DNA of 64,000 bases from Trichoplax sp. H2. Its lineage: Eukaryota. Positions 14,501 to 27,494 of the stretch are shown here, piece by piece. The DNA is taken from NCBI GenBank assembly GCA_003344405.1, contig NOWV01000101.1:1-64000 (forward strand), given 5' to 3'. The notes below the pieces were generated by a model. That model had not been told where the DNA came from and ran no database searches. It saw only the letters and a program-made list of their open reading frames with translations. Within the stretch, counting starts at the first letter, position 1. The number at the start of each line of letters is the position of its first letter. The position numbers and the translations under genes are program-made.

Positions 14501-15099
14501 GCCAAATTGCTCAAACTTATACTAATCTGTCTGCGTGGAATTTGAGCTAGATTGAAAATGTATTTTCTGAATAATTGAAAGATATAATTTAATGCAACAC
14601 TATGGTTGAATATCTTTCAGCCTTTAGTTATAGAGGGCTCACTACGCCTATGTAATGCCTATCTAACACCGGGTCTCTAAATAATATATAATGTACACGA
14701 ATAGTCTTTTTCTATGTCTGCACTGCAGTATTTTACAACTTTCTTCTGTAATCTTTCACTATAGAATTTTATACACAGACAAGTCATATTTTGCAACATT
14801 TTATTGAACGCTTATTACTTGAATTTACAGATATTATTATGTGGGAAACCAGATATAATGCAAGACGGACATATGTACTGTATGTTACTTCATGCAAAAG
14901 ATATTGAATCAAATTATACGCGTATTATCATGGTATTATTGATTTTGATATTTGTTATTACATCCGATCTACTATACTTAATTAATTGCAGCCTAATATG
15001 TACCAGAATAGCCATACAATTATTTATCACTAATTTCATAGTGAAATATTCTCTGCTTACAATCACTAGCTATACACTAAATTATATTAATTTTATTTT

Positions 15100-15292
15100 A
15101 ATGAAATTAACGTTCCAGACTTCAGCGGTGATTAATTAGTAAATAAAATAAATGCAGATGTTAAGTGTGTAGGAGGTCAGAAAAGATAGTCTTTAATTGA
15201 AATTGACGTTCCATACTTCATAAAGGGATTAATTTGTAAATATAATAAATGCAAATCTTGCGTGTAGGAAATCAGTAAAGATAGTGTTTAAT
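15100..15292. repeat. Direct duplication, ~95 bp x2
   Basis: gaaatt(a/g)acgttcca(g/t)acttca...aataaatgca...gtgtagga...aagatagt.tttaat is present twice. Confidence 0.7.
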
Positions 15293-17124
15293 GATGTGAT
15301 GTTATTAAGAGATATTCTCACCTACATGATGTAAGCAATAACAATATAACTGTAATTTGTGTGCCAATGTATTGGTGGACTAGCCAGATACTGTATATAA
15401 AGGAGCTAACACTAAATAAAGTGGGTATTTTATTGTTGGCCTAATTCTGCGCTTTTCGAAATTGTCCTCAGCCGGATACATAACAGCAGGTATAATGTTA
15501 TAAGTTAAAAAGATACTGCATTAACAGAAAATTATGTATGATAAAAACCAAATATCATGTTTTCTATTCTCTTTAACTTTTAATGTGATCTTTTAGATGG
15601 TAGCTAGGCTAGATATGCTAACAAATTTAAAAATTGATTCCGTCCAATAAAATTGAGTCAAATATCAGCATAATCTATAAGGACTGTAATTGAAATTTCG
15701 CACAACTATAATATCGACATATGGACTTTTAAAATATCTTAGTAAAGGTATCTGATCATAGCTCATTAGTGGAACCTGGAAAATTGATGTAGCCACCAAA
15801 TATAGATATTTAGAATAGTTACCGGTTCATTTGGTCTAGTCGAAGGGAATCTATATCATAACGAACAAGACCTCATATACCTGTAACATTACGAATCACA
15901 TAATACAACACAATAGTAATCTTTTAGATCAAATAATGGAATAATAAGTTAACCGTGAAAATTATCATGTTTAACAACAATCTAATGTGGATGTAACCTG
16001 GAGAATCCCTAAATACGATTTTGCAATGTTTTACTTAATTAATGAATCAAATGAATCTGATATCTGATAGCTTATCCGATCCACTACATTTTTTTGTATA
16101 TATTGTGATGATGGCTAACAATCATTTCTAAGATAAGCTTTTTCCTAATTTTCGTCGACTTAGTAAGGAAAACGAAAAGAAATTACGGTATATCTTGAAA
16201 TTCATATTGATTCCCAGTATCATTAAGACATCGTATAAACTTTCATACACTAAATTAATAATCTAATATATGTTGCATACCACGCTGTGTCTTACAAGCA
16301 GTATAGCATTTGCTTGATTAATATACGTAGGTATGCTTCGAGCTAATACATAACTGTTTCCGTGAACTGAGTAAAGGACGCACGGTATAAAAATATGATT
16401 TTCATAAAACTACTGCCATTTTCATAGTGCCGTGTACCGTATATACTTAAATATACTGCTGGTACTATTATCTAAGCCTTGCATGTAAATTGTAATAGTT
16501 AAATGCAACAAACCTACGACTTACAATATTCTTTCCACCAATACTAATGACGAAGGACTTTGAAAAAATTTTATTGCGGGTTCTCTTTAACAAAATTTCT
16601 ACAACAGCAGAAGTAATTTCAAAAGTAGCTAGCTTTATATCTTCTAACCTTAATCACGCACAGCTACTGGAGTATATGCATAAAACTTAACATTTTAGTA
16701 AATAATATTGACAATCATATATTTTAAGATCTAAATGTGTATAACTTTATGCTATACTTTGAATATGCTAGAAGATGCATACAGCACGAGATTGAGCACG
16801 ACCCTAGCACGATCTGACCCTTAAGCTTATAAATTAGGTATCTAAAAAATTCATTGGCCCTTACCCAAAAATAGATTAGTTTTACAATTCTAAATCTACT
16901 AACAACCTATCTTGCATAGTAATATATTATTATTGCAGTACAAGTACCGTGAACTTTTTAGAGTATTGATTTAGTTTATTTATTTCCCTAGATTGTTTAT
17001 AGTCCCAAGATCATCAATAGAAATCATTGAATCGTATCACCAGTCTTAATACAAGAATTAAATTCTTGAATTACTGTCTTTGGTTTTATGCGAAATCAAA
17101 ATTGATTAATTCTTTATAATGATA

Positions 17125-17790
17125 ATAAGACCTTACACTTATAACTGCTAACTTCAGATAGCTCTATATTTTTGAAACGATATTTGTAATCTCCATAACA
17201 ATAACATGATTTTACTTATACTTATAACCGCTAAATGTAGAGAGCTCTATATTGTTGAAAAGCCATTTGTAACCCTCACAACGATGACATGACCTTACTT
17301 TTACTTAAAACTATTAATTCTAAATAGCTCCACATTGTTAAAACGCTATTTGTAATCTTCACAACAATAACATGACCTTATAATTATAAAATGCTAGCTT
17401 TAAATAACTCTATATTATTGAAATGGTATTTGTAATCTTCACAACAATAACATGACCTTGCACATACAGTACTTATAACTGCTAACTTTAGACAGCTCTT
17501 TGTGCTGAAATGATATTTGTAATCTCCAGAACAACTACATGACCTTGCTTGCACCTAAAGCTGCTAACTTTAAAATAGATCTACATTGTTGAAACGAATT
17601 ATAACCTCCACCACAACAGCATGATCTTACTTATACTTATAACTGTTAACTTGAAATAGCTCTCTATATATATTGTTAAAACCCAATTTATAATCTTAAC
17701 AACGACAACATGACCTTACTTACGCTTATAACTGTTAACTTTAAATAGCTCTATATTGTTGAAACGCCATTTATAATCTTCAAACAATAT
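17125..17790. repeat. Degenerate minisatellite, ~83 bp x ~8
   Basis: The 'catga' anchor occurs at 17205, 17288, 17371, 17451, 17538, 17620 and 17709, within a unit like ttataactgctaactttaaatagctctatattgttgaaacg.tatttgtaatcttcacaacaataacatgacc. Confidence 0.88.
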
Positions 17791-19457
17791 TAATATTATT
17801 AAAAAGTGTATCAAACTGTTAGATAATTGGGCTTTGTATACATTTTTAATAGTTCTGCGCAGATGGTAATTAATTGATACACTAGAGTAGGCGTGACGGG
17901 TATTCTAAAGTTAAGATTATAAAGTAAGGTAATAAGATATGTTCATGGACGTAATCTATTAATGAATTTTTTGTTAACAATTCTTACATAATTTAGATGT
18001 TGATATTTATGAAGATAAGTTGTGGACCTTAAATTTTCTTTTTATGAAGGAAAATTGTGCTACACTGTTAAATAAAAAGATTTTATGGTTTTCGAATTTC
18101 ATAATTGAATTAGATTAGGTTTAAATGGAATAATTTTTATCTGAGATTTGTAAAGTTTCTAATTAGTAAATTACCAGGTAGCTATATGATTGAGCCCGAA
18201 TGTAGTGACAAAAGAAGGAAAAAATGAACTTGCATAAATTTAATTTCCAAAAAAATCTTTCAGAGTTTGGTACTTGTTTCTTCCACCTTAAACTTAAGTA
18301 CTAGCAATGCAAATAAAAAACAGACTGCTGACTACGAAGCTAGAGCGATAGATCATAATATCAGCTAGATTATAAATCTAATAAGAGCAAGTTAATATGG
18401 ATTTATCTGTAAGCAAAGTAATGAATTTACCATCTAGCATCGCAATAATATTCATATAAATTAAATACAGCTAAGTTAGCGGAATATGTACTGGAATGAT
18501 AAGTTTACAAAGAAATATGTTAAGTGCAAGAGGATATAAAGGTTATACTTTACTATATGCAGTACCGATTAAAGAAGCTACACACAATGTGTATAGAAAG
18601 AACAAATATGCTTGCGAGAATGGTTTAAGAGACAGAAAGTATAAAGGTCATATTTTTTCTGTTTGATATGTTGATTAAGGCTACAGCTCTTTTTAGTTAC
18701 CAAAAATGCCTTAGCACAGCTAAAGTTGAACAGAAATTGTATTGTAATAACAAATTTGCTTGAGAAATTAATCTGCGAGACAGAAAATTTGAACGAAATA
18801 TTTTTCACATTTGGCTGCCAAAGTAATACATTTAGGCAGCTATATGTGCGGTAACAGTGATATATGAGCATCTATTTGACCATATTTCCTTTCTTGTAAT
18901 TCATGAATAGGTATGCTAAGTTAGACCAGTTAAGTTATTGACTACAGACAGCCAGTGAATAAAATCAGTAAACCAAGATACTTCCTTTTGTATTAACATT
19001 AATACACAAAGTAATACCATACTTTGTCAACGCTGCACATTAGATATAGATGTTATCATAGATATAGATATTGCATGGAAGTTAATACGGAATATGATAG
19101 ACTATACTGGTTAAGAGCCATATATAATATAGGTATATATATAATGTTGGATGCACAAGTAGATAAAAAATGTAGACACGTAAAGAGCAGATTTCTATCT
19201 TCGCTTCTCGAAAAGACCGGAAGTGAAATAGTAATCAATCAATTATTGATAATAAGAACTACATTTGTTAAATTACAGTGTGACGGAAACATTGAACCAA
19301 AAGGTATTTTTATTTTTCACGCTAGCATCGTGATCGTCCTATGCAGGAAAACGATAACCAACAATTTCTCATTCTAAGTGATAGCAACTTCCATCCGTAA
19401 TTCGATCCAACTGGTAAATTGCCCTGCAATTTTAAGGTGCAATTATAATAGATTATC

Positions 19458-20543
19458 ATGAGTTCATATGATAATTTTACAAATTTGGATAATGGATCTC
19501 AAAGTACAAGAGATTCACTAGGCTTTGGGGAATACGTGATCTCTTCAGTTTATGCGCTTATAGCCTTCATCTCGGTCACATCCAATTTAATGTTTTGTTT
19601 GATCATTTACAATTATAAGAAAAAATCATCAACTGCAAAAGCTATAGAATATCTCTTCATGAATTTAGCTATTGCCGATATGATAGGAGGCATATTATTG
19701 GTAATTGTACCTGGTTTCGTTATTCCTAAACCCATCTATCCTATTCCTCATGTTGGGCTTGATGTATTTTGTAGTCTAATTTGGTCGAATAGCTTATTTT
19801 TTTTAGCAGGTTTTATTTCAGCGTGGACATTATTAACCATTAGTATCGATCGGTGGTGTGCTATTGCTAGGCCATTTTCTTACAAAGAGTTTTGTACTAA
19901 AAAGAAAATGCTCATTATGATCGTAATAATATGGATTGCGAATATTGGCTTAGAAATACCTAATATCTTAAGCTTCGCTGCTAATCCTAATGGCACTGGT
20001 TGTCAATCATCTAATTGGGTAGGTTCTGTTGATCGAAAGGCCATAGTTACAGTAGTCCAGCTCATTCGTATATTTATACCAAGTTTTATTATCGCGGTTG
20101 TTTATATGGATATTGGATGGCGAATACTTTTTGCTGGTTGTCATAAAAGGATCAGAACTGATAGTAACCTTAGTGCGAATATCAATCACACTTCTCAACG
20201 CGATGCTCTTATCCGCAAGCAAGTAACTATTATGAGTTTCATAGCTGCAATTGTTTTCTTAATTTGTTGGCTGCCAAATGAAACTTATTATACAGCAGCA
20301 TTATACCATCCAAGGTTGTTTAAAAATGTTACTTTTCGTCGCGTTACCAAATTGCTAACGGGACTTAATTCAGCTCTTAATCCTTTAATCTATGCAATTT
20401 CCAATAAATTTTATCGTCAGGCATTTATGGAATTACTTCACTGCAGAATATCTAAAATAGGAGCAGTGAAGAATCCGCTATATTTCCCCGTATTCGTCTC
20501 GCGCCATACTGCTCTCGTTAAACCATCAGAAATTGGAATATGA
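19458..20543 (+). CDS. Intronless class A (rhodopsin-like) GPCR, peptide-receptor-like
   Basis: 361-aa ORF with seven hydrophobic segments, N-terminal N-glycosylation sequons, NLAIAD (TM2), ISIDRW..IARP (TM3), CWLP (TM6) and NSALNPLIY (TM7). Confidence 0.93.
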   Translation: MSSYDNFTNLDNGSQSTRDSLGFGEYVISSVYALIAFISVTSNLMFCLIIYNYKKKSSTAKAIEYLFMNLAIADMIGGILLVIVPGFVIPKPIYPIPHVGLDVFCSLIWSNSLFFLAGFISAWTLLTISIDRWCAIARPFSYKEFCTKKKMLIMIVIIWIANIGLEIPNILSFAANPNGTGCQSSNWVGSVDRKAIVTVVQLIRIFIPSFIIAVVYMDIGWRILFAGCHKRIRTDSNLSANINHTSQRDALIRKQVTIMSFIAAIVFLICWLPNETYYTAALYHPRLFKNVTFRRVTKLLTGLNSALNPLIYAISNKFYRQAFMELLHCRISKIGAVKNPLYFPVFVSRHTALVKPSEIGI

Positions 20544-22976
20544 TTTCATGGCTTCACAAAATGCTACCTTTCATACAAGATTATATAGCCCACGAAAGTA
20601 AAAAAATGTTAACTATGTTCCATAGTTAAAGATTTCTATCAACTTTTACGAAGGTGCTAACACTGTACTACTCTCTAAAAATAGAATTCTGTTTCACTTT
20701 TTCTTAGACTGTGTGTGATCATGAGAGAAAAAAAAATTAAGTCAATTGACAAATTCCGTCAATTTTGGTCAGGGTATTATTCCAAATCATTAATAAGAAA
20801 ATTTTCATCATCATCGCATATTTTTGTAAGAGATTAAACCTTCAATTCAATGATGAGTTATGTGTTTTTTTCAATTCTTTGTTCCTAATATTAATGAATA
20901 ATTTCGTTATAACCACTTTTAGTGAGACATAGATCTACTTAATCATGATATAGCTTTGCCTATTGTCTCTCTTTCATAATTATGCACACATTATACAGTA
21001 CTGCCGATTAATTTAAATGCTCATGTATAATTCTCGTTGATGTTAGCTGACCCAATAAAATTCTAAATAAATAATTACTATATAATTGTACTATAAAGAT
21101 TGTGGACGAATTTAAGTTACGATTTATCCATTGCTTTGGTTGTAGATTGTCATAGGCAAGAATTATTTGATGAAAACTCATCGTTATCATATGATCATTA
21201 TACTTTAGTTAGTATTGAGGGTATTAAAATCATTTATTCAATGAACAATTATAACTATTGCAAAACCTTTAATTTTTATTATATTGATCTTTAGTCTACT
21301 GCAAGATATTGCTATCGGTACATATTCTAAAATATCAGAACTAATTTAATAACTTAGTTTTCTCTTTTTCTGAATGTCAGTTTGCCAGTATGTACTGTGT
21401 TTCCACTTTTTCTCTTTTTAGCACCTGCGGCAGTTTGCTAATTCTATATAAATACGCGCATATCTATATAATGGAAATGATAATGATAAATTATGCGCTC
21501 TAATTATGTTTATCTTATAACTGCTTATTAATTTAAGGTGGATTATTTACTCGATAATTGGTAATAAATGTTGCATTAGGTACCATTAATTAGCGATGAG
21601 GGAGCAGAAAATTAACGTCAACCCTAGCAAACGAGAGGGTGCAAGTAATATAGTAAATACTGTATGTAAATGCTGTTAGAAGACAACATAGCTAAATATT
21701 GCGCAGTACGGTCTATAATCTTGAATGCGTGTTTGATCAAGCCATGATACTTTAAATTCTGTATTTTATTAGTTCTGAAATAATACTATTAAACTATAAC
21801 AGTATTGAAACGTAATATAGAGCGCAATATACAGTAATTTAGGTATGAAATTTCAAGGTTACGTGGACGTTTTAGCACAGCCACTTTGGCCTGGCTGTTA
21901 TTGTAATTATCAGCAACATTTTAAAACTAGTTCTGTAATCGGTAGTTTGTAGCATTATTCAATGATTAGGCTGTGAATTGGAATTTCTTACAATATTATC
22001 ATAAATAAAAATTATAAAAGGTTTTATAACCAGCCACCGACACTGTCTACATGTTACCGTATCAAATACTGTCGATAAATATTTTAGTAGGTAGTAAACT
22101 TGATACGAAGCAAGACCAGCACATTCGGGCACACACATGTAAATGCATAGAGTGCATTTTAATTACGCTTTATGGTATTTTCGGTTAATGGATATCAGAC
22201 TATGATATTTATGGTAGGACATAATAATAGTCATTGCTACGTTTTTCTAACTATATTCAATCAATAACAGTCCAGCATGAGCTAGAATGGTCATACAGCT
22301 ATTCAGGGCTCATTTTTACAGTTAAATATTCTCTACTCAAAACTCCTAGTTTATACGGTGCTGTAGATTTAATTTATTTAATGAAATGTACTGTACTTCA
22401 TATGGTCGCTGATAGCTATCTTTTAAAACCATTTTCTTGATACAAATATAATAAGTGCCAATACAATATAACGAGTTAAAGCTATAATTAATTATATTTT
22501 GACGATGCATTAACAGGAAATTGTATGAGGTATAAATAGAATATCATATCATTTTAATACGAGAACTGCATTAAAGATGCATAAAAAATATTTGTCATCC
22601 AATATAAGCAATGACTTTTTTGTTCATCGCAGCTACTATGACTAATACTAGTATTGTACTTACAGTACCGGTAAATACTATCCCTAGAGTTTTATAGCAT
22701 GTATTAAATTGACATATTACACATATATTGCAAAATAAAGCTATAAAGATTCAAATCAGTAATTGGATTTTAATTAGTTTTAAACACATTTTTGGTATAG
22801 ATCAAATCATATGATAGTGTTAATTAAATATATTAGTTATTTAATAAATTTTTACCCATCAATGCTTTACTATATACTGCATGAGATGGACCAAAATCGA
22901 GTTTTAATACTTCAAGTAGCCTAATAGAAAGGCATGATTGGCCTAGATAAATATTCATATAAAGTCTTGATCACTC

Positions 22977-24254
22977 TCAGTACTTGCAATGATCGTAAAT
23001 TTGACGAAGCATTCTCATTTGTCTAATTGGTGATCTAATTCCATGAACCGCAAATAATTTACAAAGCTTAGGAATGGAGATATATTGTAACGTAAATGGA
23101 TAATGTTGAACATCAAATCGATGATCATGAGTCGGAACTAATCCAATTTGTTGGCCAAGCATGCCAATAAATACGTCATCGATCGATTGAATTTTCCTCT
23201 TGTACTGTACTGCGTGTAACATACCTTTTAAAACATTAGCTGACATAATGTAGGCAAATCCTGAACAATATTTCGGATAAATTGATCGGCTATAGTCTTT
23301 ATAAGACACGTAATATTTACTTGTATTCTGGCGTACTACATCACGATTCTTTTCACCAACATTACCAGCCCATAAAGTTGGGGCTAATTGAAGATCAGGA
23401 CGCCTACTTAATTGACGATTTCGTTGAATTAAGTAATGAAAGAGATTGGCCTGATTGACGAAAACATCATCATCACCTTTATAGTAATATTGTGGACGGC
23501 AATACGTTGCAGCCCAGTACATGCCTAATATCGTTTTTTCCGTTAAATTTTTAAAATGATCAATAAATTGGCCAATTAAGATATCACCATAACGCTTAGC
23601 TTCATTTTCAACAGTAAGATTAATGTATGCATCAGTAGAGCGGCCAATAACAAAAATTGTTCTCCAAGCATAAGGATGATTCATTTGTTTGATTTGTGTG
23701 CTACCATCACCCCAAGATTTACGGATGCCATTACGTCGAAATATGTTATTTGGCTTACTGTTAATAACAAGAAGAACAAATGCATCTTTTCTACAAGGCC
23801 TGATATCGCTGCGATTCTTCCAATAAGTAGTTATTGGATAACGTTGGGTTTTTGATTTAGCTTGGGTTGGTAATTTGTTTGATAAATGGAATTTTTGCAC
23901 AGAAATCGTTTTATGATCTAGTAAACTTGTTGCGTTCCCTGCTATTCCCGTGGATGATGCTAAATTTGGCTTTTCTACCTTATCATTCCAGGTTTCTTGA
24001 ACATGCAAACTAAGGTTATTCATGCCAGATTGATGACGTTGATAGAAACCATCTTTAGTCATTATTACATATTGACCATTTCTGTGATGACGACGACAGA
24101 GCATCGTTATTGGACATTTTGCAGATTGAGTTTTACAGCGTTGACTTAATATACAAATAGGAATCAATCGATTATCAACGTAGATAAAACCTAGTAAGAA
24201 GATACCTATATAGACAATACATATTAAATAAAGATATTTCTGAACTGGTACCAT
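22977..24254 (-). CDS. Intronless GT31 beta-1,3-glycosyltransferase, paralogue of the gene at 11396-12562
   Basis: 425-aa ORF with TM anchor, RRNGIRKSWG, AWRTIFV, EAKRYGDIL, NLTEKT, YKGDDDVFVN, YPKYCSGFAYIMS and SIDDVFIG. Confidence 0.93.
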   Translation of the reverse strand: MVPVQKYLYLICIVYIGIFLLGFIYVDNRLIPICILSQRCKTQSAKCPITMLCRRHHRNGQYVIMTKDGFYQRHQSGMNNLSLHVQETWNDKVEKPNLASSTGIAGNATSLLDHKTISVQKFHLSNKLPTQAKSKTQRYPITTYWKNRSDIRPCRKDAFVLLVINSKPNNIFRRNGIRKSWGDGSTQIKQMNHPYAWRTIFVIGRSTDAYINLTVENEAKRYGDILIGQFIDHFKNLTEKTILGMYWAATYCRPQYYYKGDDDVFVNQANLFHYLIQRNRQLSRRPDLQLAPTLWAGNVGEKNRDVVRQNTSKYYVSYKDYSRSIYPKYCSGFAYIMSANVLKGMLHAVQYKRKIQSIDDVFIGMLGQQIGLVPTHDHRFDVQHYPFTLQYISIPKLCKLFAVHGIRSPIRQMRMLRQIYDHCKY

Positions 24255-27200
24255 AGTTGAAGAGAAATGTTGAAATGTAGCTAATTATTTCAAGAATAGC
24301 GATTGAAAACCATCCTATAAGCGACTTTATGTAGTATTATTGGTCGTTCTCGTTAAATAATTATAATCAATCATTGAGCATCTTAGCAATAAAGAATAAT
24401 CATCTAATTTTTGCTGTATCTGATATAAGATTGAAAGCTTTACTGCCTAATATTGTGCATCATGATGGTATATCAGCAAAATTATATATGATCTCGCATT
24501 AGTTCAATTCTATACTATAAGCACTTATATGCCTTGTTGTAGGATGCATTACATCACATAATCGTACAAACTTGAACTTTGTCCATTTACTCGTTCTTTC
24601 ACTGGCTAAATGTTTATTTTATTATGAAGTTGTTGATTAAAACATAGTGATCCTTTCCTAAATATTACATACCACATATCGGCACATGTAACTACAAAGT
24701 GCGGAAATAGCTCTTGGAAATAAAAATAATAAATGGATAGATTGCCAACAGAATATCATGATTTCCAATTTCAATTTTAAAGACTGATTTTATAATTTCT
24801 GAGGCTAGTATGCTGTGCTATCGCATTTATACCATTCGAAAGATAGTTGTAGGGCTATACCATCACAGACAGGAATTAATAATACTGACGGCCAGTCTGT
24901 GGTGATGCAATGTAACAACAATTTGTCCTTGCCTTCTACCTGGATTTATGTCGTCTGCCTTTGCTAGGTTTACTACACAAAGATTGCTGTAAATATTGAT
25001 ATACTCTAATCAAATGACGATTTATATTTAGTCTTAAGTATGGTCATCCTATATACTATATGCGAGCATGTGTTAAACCTTGAATATTCGCTTTTGCACG
25101 ATACGACAAAGTTTTGATAGTCTAAATACGTCTTGGCAAAAGAGAGATTTGATTAGTTAAAATTCTATGTGTTAATATATATATGTATTGCACGGAAATT
25201 TGAGGCTTTTGATTGATAAAAATGGGGGGGGCAGTTTCTGCACAATACGTGATCGGAAAAAAACTTTCTTAAATTACATTACGCTACGCGTTTGCGAAGG
25301 ATGGAAATATGCTGCTGGTATGTTTGATATTATTTACCAAACCTGCAGTATTCCAAAATATTTAACTATCGCTCAAAATAGGTTTATATTTATTAAAAAT
25401 GATCACTACTCGATAGCGACTATAGCATTGTTCATATTATTATTTAATAATCATGATTAATGGGATCTTACTTTTCTCAGTATACATCGTAATGACATCC
25501 GATAAATTCGAGATCAACATATACGTGTATACTTTCCAAATCAAAAAGTCCAAAACGCGCAGGCTAATGTACTGTACATCGTATACATATAAACACATAC
25601 AGAACAATCATGTAATTATCGTCAACACTTATTACAACATAGAATCATAAATAAGATCTACAGTAACATTGCTTAGAACCTAATTGCTTAATTTACATTT
25701 CACTAGTAGTTACATTATCATTGGATTTTTTATATAGATTGCTAATAATTCTTGCACTTGAAACGAACTACTTTCATATAGAGTAGCTATAAGGACTATA
25801 CTGGTATTGCTAGCTAATACTGCCTAAGAAATGATACATTTGTATCATTATTGTCTAGACGTGTCATAAAAAATTCTTATTATTGTATTTATACTATTTC
25901 CTATCATAAAAGTACTAAATGTGTTGCAAGCAGTGTGAGAGTAGGCTATATATACAACGTCGCAAGTTCGCGATTGTCCTTCTTCCATAGTTTGCACAAG
26001 TACAAATATCGTCTACCAACAAATACTTAACGAAACAAACTAAGACTGCCATTTACAGTATTTGTAATAGAGGCACCGATAGCACGAGATATCACTGCTT
26101 TAAGAGCAGGATTCACCCCAGTAGTAGTTCAAATATCCCTTTTTTAATATAAATTAACAAAATTTTTCGCTAGAGAACAGAAACACGACAGAGTACAAGT
26201 AAAATTATCCGCAACATTTAAATGATCTCATCATGCTATATTTATAGATATTTTATAAGCCTGCATAGGTTTAACAAAGTTACAGCGACTACACAATAGT
26301 AGTTAAAGAGGATATTCTATTTTATTGCATCTTCATTAACTTAAACGATATCAAGACTCAAGCGGAATAATACATTTACCACAACTAAATTAACTCCATT
26401 TCAGCATTTTACTATAATAATTTTTTACCTGTTAACGATTCCAAACTCAGATTATAAAGAAATAAATACGCTACTATGTATCGACTCGAGATGATCGTAT
26501 TTTATAGAGAAATCGAACTAAAATGAAATATCCAACATGCCTGTACTTTCTGTCCTGGTATTCATATTTAATACCAGATATTAAGAACTACATTATAACA
26601 GCATTATGGGCTGATGCCTTACTGCATATAATATTGTAACCCCAAATCATATATCGCATTCAACTTGCAAATAAAATATTAATCAAAATCTAGAACATTA
26701 ATATTTTGATGTTCTTATCCGATGACGACATACTCAAAAGAAACAGTAAGAATTGTTTAATTTGAATACAAATAGAAGAAAGAATCGTGACTAAACATGC
26801 ATAAGGATTGGCTATTAGTATGGAATATTTTGTTTCAAAGTTTGTTGAAAAATGAACATAAAAACATTATCATACACAATATTATATAATACGGTGCATG
26901 AAATATTAATAATTATCAAAGGACAAAATCATGATCTCATATTTTGGGAATTTTACGTAATTTATGAAGTCAATCAAGAATTTAAAAATCTTAAATATGG
27001 AATGGCGATAACTATAATTTGCCGATAAAAAATTTTTTACCAATAGTTAACAAATTATAAATTGACCTATATTAACGTAGTTCAACTTCAGCAAATTAAT
27101 TAGATTGGTTGTTTTCGAAGGCTCCCTATTTTATAGGATATATGGTTCTACGATGAATTTGATAAACTAAAGTTTTTGTGTATATTAACTGAGTCTATAC

Positions 27201-27494
27201 TAGATGCCATAACATATGATTTCAAGTTAATAGACAGTCGAAAGATACTACGCAACCTATGTAGCATTTCACTTATAAGATGATAATCTTAATCAATATG
27301 AAACGATCAGATATGAAAGGCATCTATTACTTCTTTACTGTACTCTTCTACGATATTCAAGTAAATATACACAGCATGCTATTGTTTAGTATAAAACGTA
27401 AAAATAAATATTTTGATAAACAGTATTCATCCTATTACAAAAAATTACAAAATATTTATATGCAGTATTCATATAAAATTAAGTTTATCATGAT

